A program made the position numbers and the translations under genes. Source: Chloroflexota bacterium (GTDB taxonomy: Bacteria > Chloroflexota > Anaerolineae > Anaerolineales > Villigracilaceae). Taken from it: 64,000 bases of DNA. The stretch's first letter is position 1. The number at the start of each line of letters is the position of its first letter. Below the pieces are notes generated by a model. That model had not been told where the DNA came from. It saw only the letters and a list, made by a program, of their open reading frames with translations, and searched no databases. The stretch lies in the NCBI GenBank assembly GCA_016866215.1, contig VGNE01000006.1:36631-100630 (forward strand). The letters are read 5' to 3'. Of this stretch, positions 58,316-64,000 are shown in pieces.

Positions 58316-61057
58316 TTACTGCCTCCGCCGCCACTTACCCAACTCCATCACCACGAAAACAATCACGCCTGTACCTGCTGCAATGGATAGGTCACCTCCG
58401 CTTAGTGGTATGACTTCAAAGAAATTGCTCAGGAAGGGGATATACAACACCATTAATTGCAACACAATAACTAGAATGGCCATGCCTGCCAGCAATGGAT
58501 TACTCATCAGCCGCATTTTGAATAACGAGTCTTTTGCCGAGCGGGAAGCCAAAGCCTGGAAAACCTGCATGAATGCAAGCGAAGTGAAGATCATCGTCTG
58601 CCATTCGGCGCGGCCGGTGAAGAAATACCAGGAACCAAGCCCCAGGGCGAGCGCGCCGATCATCACGCCAACCCAAATGGTTCGAGCGCCAGCGCCGCGT
58701 GAGAACACACTTTCAGTGGGGGAGTATGGCTTGCGCTTCATTGTGTCAGGCTCAGGGTTTTCCACGCCCATGCCCAACCCAAGCAGACCGTCTGTTAATA
58801 AGTTGAGCCACAACAACTGTAAAGGCAGCAGCGGCAATGGTTTTCCTAAAAATGGGGCAAGCAGCATCACCAAAACCTTGCCGATGTTTCCAGCCACACT
58901 GAAGCGCACGAACTTGCGAATGTTATCGTAGATCGTTCTGCCTTCCTGCACTGCCGCAACGATGGTCGCAAAGTTATCGTCGAGCAAAACCAGGTCAGAT
59001 GCCTCTTTTGCCACATCCGTGCCAGTGATGCCCATCGCCACACCGATATCCGCTTTGCGAAGCGCGGGCGCATCATTTACGCCGTCGCCTGTCATCGAAA
59101 CGATATGTCCGTTTTCCTGCAAGGCTTGCACGATCTTCAACTTATGTTCGGGCGCAACACGCGCAAAGACATTGACTTCATCCACGACGCTCTTTAATTC
59201 TTCAAAGCTTAAATTCTCGATCTCGGTTCCAGCCAACGCTTTTATGCCTGAGCCGCTGTCCCCGGCGCCGGGGACAGCGGCTGGAGCAGAAGAAACAATC
59301 CCCAATTGACGCGCGATCTCAATCGCAGTCAATGGATGGTCTCCCGTGATCATCACAGGTCGAATCCCTGCGGCGCGGCAGGCTGCCACCGCCTCTCTTA
59401 CTTCCGGGCGCGGAGGGTCGATCATGCCGAACAAACCCACCAGGGTCATCTTCTGCTCAAGGTCTGTTTGAATAATTTTAGGGATGGAGTTAAGCAGGCG
59501 GAATGCAACGCCGAGGACGCGCATGCCCTTTCTGGCAAGCCGCTCATTCGCCGCTTCAATTCTGGACCTCCAGCCTGCATCCATTGGCAGGGACTTTCCC
59601 TCCACCCAAACATGGCTGGTAATGTCGAGCAGTCCATCCACGCCGCCTTTGGTGAAGGCGATGTAACGTTTGTCACCGATCTCAAGCCCTGACAGCACGG
59701 TGGGATCGTATTGCCCAAGATGATGGACAGTGGTCATGCGTTTGCGTTCCGAGTCGAATGGAAGTTCTGCTGCACGCGGGAAAGATGAATCGAGTGATGA
59801 TTTCCAATAACCCATCTTTGCGGCAGCCGCCACCAATGCGCCTTCGGTCGGGTCGCCAAGTGTATGGAAGCGGTCATCGCCGGTGTCTATCAGTTTTGCG
59901 TCATTGCATAAGCTGCCGCCGATCGCTGCCAGCGAAAGAGATGATTGGGCTGGCGCACCCAGCCCTCGGGTAGCGTGAAGCGTACCGTCGCGTTCCATTG
60001 TTTCGGTCAGATCAATGGCATGTTCAGCCATGTCCAGCACAACGACGGTCATGCGGTTTTCAGTCAGCGTGCCTGTTTTATCGGAGCAGATCACAGTGAC
60101 CGAGCCAAGCGTTTCCACCGCGGGTAGTTTGCGAATTAATGCCTCGCGTTGCAGCATGCGCTGCGCGCCGAGCGCCAGTGTGATGGTAACAACAGCGGGC
60201 AAACCTTCCGGCACAATTGCAACCGCAACACTCACCGCCGTAAGCAGCATGTGACGAAGTTCGTCGCCGCGCATGAGGCCCAGTGCAAAGACCAACACGG
60301 CAATAACAACGCCGATCAATGCGAGGTTTTTTCCAAGCGTATCCAGTCTGCGTTGAAGCGGAGTTTGCTCCTGCTTCACTTGCTGGATCAGTTCAGCGAT
60401 CTTGCCGAGTTCGGTTTGCATGCCTGTGGCAACTACAAGTGCGAGGCCGCGTCCCTGTGTAACGATGGTTCCCATGTAACTCATATTGCGGCGATCACCG
60501 AGAGGCAGGTCCTCGCCAGAAAGCGCGGTGGTATGTTTTCCGATTGGTTCTGATTCACCCGTGAGCGCGGCTTCCTGGATTCGCAGGTTCACTGCTTCAA
60601 GCAAACGTAAATCTGCAGGGATGACGTTGCCTGTTTCCAATTGAATGATATCGCCAGGGACAAGCTCGCGCGCGGAGAGTTCCTGCAATTTGCCGTCACG
60701 AAGCACGCGCACATTTGGCACAGACATTTTCTTGAGCGCGGCAATGGCTTTCTCGGCGCGATATTCCTGAATGAAACCGAGGAAAGCATACAGGGTAACG
60801 ATTGAGAGAATTGCAATCGTGTTCTTTGTATCGCCAAGTAATCCCGCCGCAACTGCCGCGGCAATAAGGATCAAAACCATTGTGGCGGTGATCTGCTCCC
60901 ACAAAATTTGCAGGGGGTTGCGTCCGCCGCGTTCGACGAGTTCATTCGCGCCGTTTTGGGCTTTACGTTCAATTACTTGCTCAGAGGCTAATCCTGTCTC
61001 AGCAGAGGAAGAGAGTTCGTCGAGTGCAAGCTTTGTTTCGAGTGTATGCCAGTTCAT
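58316..61057 (-). CDS. P-type cation-transporting ATPase (P2-type, Ca2+/Mg2+-like)
   Basis: TGES, phosphorylation site [30 protein letters not shown], and 10 TMs. ATG 61057 (MNWHTLE...) is preferred over the TTG-extended ORF ending at 61138. Confidence 0.9.
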   Translation of the reverse strand: MNWHTLETKLALDELSSSAETGLASEQVIERKAQNGANELVERGGRNPLQILWEQITATMVLILIAAAVAAGLLGDTKNTIAILSIVTLYAFLGFIQEYRAEKAIAALKKMSVPNVRVLRDGKLQELSARELVPGDIIQLETGNVIPADLRLLEAVNLRIQEAALTGESEPIGKHTTALSGEDLPLGDRRNMSYMGTIVTQGRGLALVVATGMQTELGKIAELIQQVKQEQTPLQRRLDTLGKNLALIGVVIAVLVFALGLMRGDELRHMLLTAVSVAVAIVPEGLPAVVTITLALGAQRMLQREALIRKLPAVETLGSVTVICSDKTGTLTENRMTVVVLDMAEHAIDLTETMERDGTLHATRGLGAPAQSSLSLAAIGGSLCNDAKLIDTGDDRFHTLGDPTEGALVAAAAKMGYWKSSLDSSFPRAAELPFDSERKRMTTVHHLGQYDPTVLSGLEIGDKRYIAFTKGGVDGLLDITSHVWVEGKSLPMDAGWRSRIEAANERLARKGMRVLGVAFRLLNSIPKIIQTDLEQKMTLVGLFGMIDPPRPEVREAVAACRAAGIRPVMITGDHPLTAIEIARQLGIVSSAPAAVPGAGDSGSGIKALAGTEIENLSFEELKSVVDEVNVFARVAPEHKLKIVQALQENGHIVSMTGDGVNDAPALRKADIGVAMGITGTDVAKEASDLVLLDDNFATIVAAVQEGRTIYDNIRKFVRFSVAGNIGKVLVMLLAPFLGKPLPLLPLQLLWLNLLTDGLLGLGMGVENPEPDTMKRKPYSPTESVFSRGAGARTIWVGVMIGALALGLGSWYFFTGRAEWQTMIFTSLAFMQVFQALASRSAKDSLFKMRLMSNPLLAGMAILVIVLQLMVLYIPFLSNFFEVIPLSGGDLSIAAGTGVIVFVVMELGKWRRRQ
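59251..59282. repeat. Perfect 32-bp palindrome inside the P-type ATPase ORF
   Basis: AGCCGCTGTCCCCGGC|GCCGGGGACAGCGGCT. It is translated (minus strand) within [16 protein letters not shown]. It belongs to the same repeat family as 18893-18937 and 61140-61165. Confidence 0.9.
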
Positions 61058-61323
61058 GACGCCATTTATACCACTTGCGATTGTTCTGTGAGCACATCGC
61101 GTGCACTCAAAAAATGCCTGGGAAAGTTGCTCATGCAAACGCCGCCGGGGACGGCGGCTGGAGCATAGGTTACTGACAAGGCTTCGACAGGCTCAGTCCA
61201 AGCCTTTGTGTGTACACGCGGAGCACAGCAGTGTTCATACCACGATTGGGATTAAACCTTCCCCCATCGAGATGGGGCTGCCTGCCTCAAGTTAGACAGC
61301 CCCGGTTAATGATAAATTCTGAT

Positions 61324-61701
61324 TTACTTCTTCCGGCCCTTCAACTCATCGCGCAGGATAAAACCCATGACAACGCTTACGAAACTGATTACCAAACTGC
61401 CAAGCAGGGCCTGCCAGAATCCATCCACAGTGAAGCCGATGCCAAATGATTGCCCGATGTTGCTGGTGAGCATCAGCATGGCAGTGTTGATCAGGATGGT
61501 GAACAACCCCAGTGTCAGAAGGATCAACGGGCAGGTCAGGAATTTAAGCAGGGGACGCACCAGCGCATTGAGCAAACCAAAGATGAGCGCCAGCCAAAGA
61601 ATACCAGTCCACGGGCCGTTGAATTGGATGCCCGGCACGATCAAGACTGCCGCAAATAAAGCAACTGCATTGATTGCCCAGCGTACGAAGAATTTTGTCA
61701 T
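61324..61701 (-). CDS. Phage holin family IV (4-TMS, YvlD/DUF360-like) membrane protein
   Basis: FVRWAINAVALFAAVLIVPGIQFNG...LIFGLLNALVRPLLKFLTCPLILLTLGLFTILINTAMLML matches the family pattern closely. Confidence 0.7.
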   Translation of the reverse strand: MTKFFVRWAINAVALFAAVLIVPGIQFNGPWTGILWLALIFGLLNALVRPLLKFLTCPLILLTLGLFTILINTAMLMLTSNIGQSFGIGFTVDGFWQALLGSLVISFVSVVMGFILRDELKGRKK

Positions 61702-61805
61702 TTATACTCCTTTTGTTGTGATGTCACATCTGCACTGGCGTGCGGCGCAAGTGTTGCGAACGCTCCTCGCAATGACGGAAATCTATAATAAATACGAAAA
61801 ATAAC

Positions 61806-62780
61806 TTACGAAGTTGCCTGCATCCAGATCAAAGTTCGCTGAGATTTGAAACCTGCAGCGCGGATTGCGTTGTCAAACTCGCTGACTGGGAATTCCAGCC
61901 CGATGTTTGGATATAGATGATATAACTCGCGGCGCGCCTGGGTCAGTAATGCTGTCAACGCTTCAGGGTCGGACCTTTCGCCTGCTGAGGCAAAAAGGGA
62001 TTCACTTCGCCTGTTGGGAATCCACGAGAGCGTGGCGTGAAGTTGGCCTTTTCGGACTGCCGCCCATTGACGGACGTTCATATCCACAAAAAGCAGGTAC
62101 AGCCAATTCCATAAACCGGGTTGAAGGGAGTTAAAGTCCAAGTCGCGGTGCCAGGCTAACTGGTCGGGGTAGAGGCGCGAGAGCCACTTGAGCTGAGTCT
62201 GCCAAAAGAGGGGATGTCTATTTGTAATGGCGAAGTCCGTCTCCAGTCCTGGAGCATGACGGTCAGTGACTGCCTGCCAGGAAGTGCGCTGCGCGCGTTC
62301 GGTGAATCCCAGTTTTGTGTAAAGTTCAACCGCTTCGGGGTTGTCAGCGCGGACGTGAAGCCAGATGTTGGTAACTTTTTTTTCGTGGGCATGTTGCAGG
62401 GCGCGTTCCGTTAGGGCGCGTGCAATTCCCTTGCGGCGGTGTGACGGATGAACCGCGACATTGGCAATCAGATAGATGCGTTGCTTGTTGCGTCGAAAGG
62501 GCACGAGACTGGCATTGCCGATGATGTCTCCGTTTTCCTCCCAAATGTAGCCGGTCAATGGAAGCGAGGTGGTTTCAGTGGCGCGGTTCGCCCATTTAAT
62601 AAATGAGTTGTCCCTGCCGGCGCGGCGCATCTCCTGCACATAGCGTTTGCCTTCGATGTCCATTGTGCCGGAGAAGCACAATTCGATCAGATCTGCCACG
62701 GCAGGCAGGTCTCGCATAATGCTGAGCGGACGCAGGTTGGGGTGCGTATCCACACGTGCGGTGAGGGTGATGGAGGTCAT
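61806..62780 (-). CDS. GNAT-family N-acetyltransferase with extra C-terminal domain
   Basis: Acetyl-CoA motif VHPSHRRKGIARALTERAL and a second ~150-aa domain. Confidence 0.7.
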   Translation of the reverse strand: MTSITLTARVDTHPNLRPLSIMRDLPAVADLIELCFSGTMDIEGKRYVQEMRRAGRDNSFIKWANRATETTSLPLTGYIWEENGDIIGNASLVPFRRNKQRIYLIANVAVHPSHRRKGIARALTERALQHAHEKKVTNIWLHVRADNPEAVELYTKLGFTERAQRTSWQAVTDRHAPGLETDFAITNRHPLFWQTQLKWLSRLYPDQLAWHRDLDFNSLQPGLWNWLYLLFVDMNVRQWAAVRKGQLHATLSWIPNRRSESLFASAGERSDPEALTALLTQARRELYHLYPNIGLEFPVSEFDNAIRAAGFKSQRTLIWMQATS

Positions 62781-62968
62781 TGGATATATTATAGCCCCAT
62801 GTGTACTGATCGAACACGTTTGATTATTCAGAGCCGTTTAAGGTGATGCGTGATCAACAGACCGTCCAGTGCATGTGTCTTGAAATTCCCCTGTTTTTTC
62901 CTTATAAAGGAGTTATTGATCTTGACTTTCAACATAGCTGCTTCACACAATATTGGGCGCAGGGCTGG

Positions 62969-63658
62969 TTAGAGACCCCTTAGCAATTGCACGATTTGTT
63001 GAGCATGGTCGCGTTCATGCCACAAAGTTCGCCGCATTATCTTTCGTGCAGACCATAACTCATCGCAATTCTTCGTTACCCGTTTATCACCGATCAACTT
63101 GACCAATTGTTCCTGGGTATTTGCGCGAACGATTGCAATCTTTTCCAGCGGGTCATCGGATAGTTTTGCCCGCTCCAAGCCACAATCTAACTGTTCAAAA
63201 TACCAATTCTCGGCAGTTGCGATGTGACTTAGTATGCCCATAACTGAACCACGCGCTTCCCCCGAAATTGCTTTTGTAAGTTGTTCTTGAGTCATTGACT
63301 GAATCGCACCTAGTAAGTCCTGGCGAGTCCATTTCAATAATTGTAAAGCGATTTCGACATCCCAGTATTCCAAAGGACGTCGGTCATCATCAAAAAAGGC
63401 ATTAACGATATATTCAGGATCTTCACTGCTTGCAAAGGAGTGAAAAGTCTCGATGACTTCCACTTCAATTGGCTCATTAACAGCAGGTAATAGATTATTA
63501 TGTGCCAACAGCCAGGAAAAATATTCTGTAATCTTTTGGGGAGCATAGGCAATGGCGTCTGCCGCTGTGGCTGCTGAACTAAAGCAGGCAGGCAGATTAA
63601 GTGCCCATGCAATCCAGTGATTGGGTTCCATATCTTCCACTGCAAGATAAATACGCAT
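62969..63658 (-). CDS. DinB-superfamily protein with an N-terminal HicB-like segment
   Basis: The C-terminal four-helix pattern ILSHIATAENWYFEQL...TLWHERDHAQQIVQLL is DinB-type. The N-terminus MRIYLAVEDMEPNHWIAWALNLPACFS resembles the HicB fold; this call is tentative. Confidence 0.6.
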   Translation of the reverse strand: MRIYLAVEDMEPNHWIAWALNLPACFSSAATAADAIAYAPQKITEYFSWLLAHNNLLPAVNEPIEVEVIETFHSFASSEDPEYIVNAFFDDDRRPLEYWDVEIALQLLKWTRQDLLGAIQSMTQEQLTKAISGEARGSVMGILSHIATAENWYFEQLDCGLERAKLSDDPLEKIAIVRANTQEQLVKLIGDKRVTKNCDELWSARKIMRRTLWHERDHAQQIVQLLRGL

Positions 63659-64000
63659 TTTATTTACTCTCCAGTGCGCCCAACGGTTTGAGTAAGCCCC
63701 GCATGATTTCTACGGGTAGCAGCGGTTTGTCTCGACAGGCTTGACAACCAAAAAATGCTTGACGCGAAGCGTGCCGCACGCGAAGCGTCCCACACTGCCT
63801 GCCCTGAGCCTGTCGAAGGGCGTCCTCAGGTGAGAACGCCTGCTTTGCATTTAACGAGTGATGGAATTTTGATCCTTTTTTCGCGGATTCAACGACTCAT
63901 GCTCTCCAACGCGGCTCGAAAGGTCTCGTCATCGGCGTCCGCGGAAGGACGGTTTCTGAGAACGCTTTGTTGGCACGCTCTTGATTTTGAGATTCTACTC

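Noticed and set aside
61058-61138. The TTG-initiated 27-codon N-terminal extension of the P-type ATPase ORF. Similar extensions occur in the track at 47617, 22185, 29517, 30497, 34099, 37697, 10560, 8273 and 15648.
   Set aside because: The extensions translate intergenic repeats or the 3' ends of upstream genes and lack an RBS. Internal ATG/GTG/TTG starts with SD-like sequences give N-termini that match the protein families.
63659-64000. Repeat-rich terminal 340 nt (CGCGAAGCGT x2, CTGAGCCTGTCGAAG, GAGAACGC x2), with a possible minus-strand ORF end (...ADADDETFRAALESMSR*).
   Set aside because: It is too short and too close to the window edge to call a gene or an RNA. The repeats belong to families already listed.

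Overview
GC-rich bacterial chromosomal window. Gene content and the repeat families look Chloroflexota/Anaerolineae-like, but that is a low-confidence inference. All coordinates and start-codon choices were made by eye, without tools.

Contents in order:
- A partial DmsC-like anchor gene and an orphan multi-TM GAF histidine kinase.
- A diverged 3' fragment of comM.
- A complete 9-gene V/A-type ATPase operon in the order G-I-K-E-C-F-A-B-D, plus one small unknown ORF.
- About 1 kb of decayed genes, then intact comM.
- Two membrane proteins.
- A TetR + FtsX/FtsX/ABC-ATPase/HlyD efflux operon.
- A GH4 glycosidase, a low-GC ATP-grasp gene behind an AT-rich spacer, and galK.
- A frameshifted unknown gene, a Ser-tailed membrane protein and a SAM methyltransferase.
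- A long dcw cluster: mraZ-rsmH-ftsL-like-ftsI-murF-mraY-murD-ftsW-murG-cvpA-like-murC-murB-ddl-ftsQ-ftsA-ftsZ, with no murE.
- Two small membrane proteins, a YcaQ-like gene and a vapBC-type toxin-antitoxin pair.
- An S58 peptidase and a 1200-aa Cache/HAMP/GAF/PAS/GAF/GAF/HD-GYP sensor.
- A truncated yczE-like gene, a membrane-anchored S8 protease, a LysE exporter and a P-type ATPase.
- A holin-family-IV protein, a GNAT and a DinB-family protein.

I do not see a convincing new multi-gene system such as a defence island, CRISPR array or retroelement. The most unusual signals are structural:
1. A perfect 112-bp tandem duplication frameshifts ftsA.
2. A C35-GAC-G9 fold-back tract sits in frame (11 prolines) inside a GAF domain of the HD-GYP sensor.
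3. Several short palindromic repeat families are intergenic elsewhere but sit in frame inside housekeeping ORFs.
4. Three diverged copies of one gene's 3' end bracket the toxin-antitoxin pair and the peptidase gene. Their substitution pattern shows the shared frame evolved as coding sequence.
5. The V-ATPase operon is bracketed by comM 3'-end copies.

Several frameshifts fall at homopolymers, so sequencing or assembly error is a live alternative for many of these anomalies.
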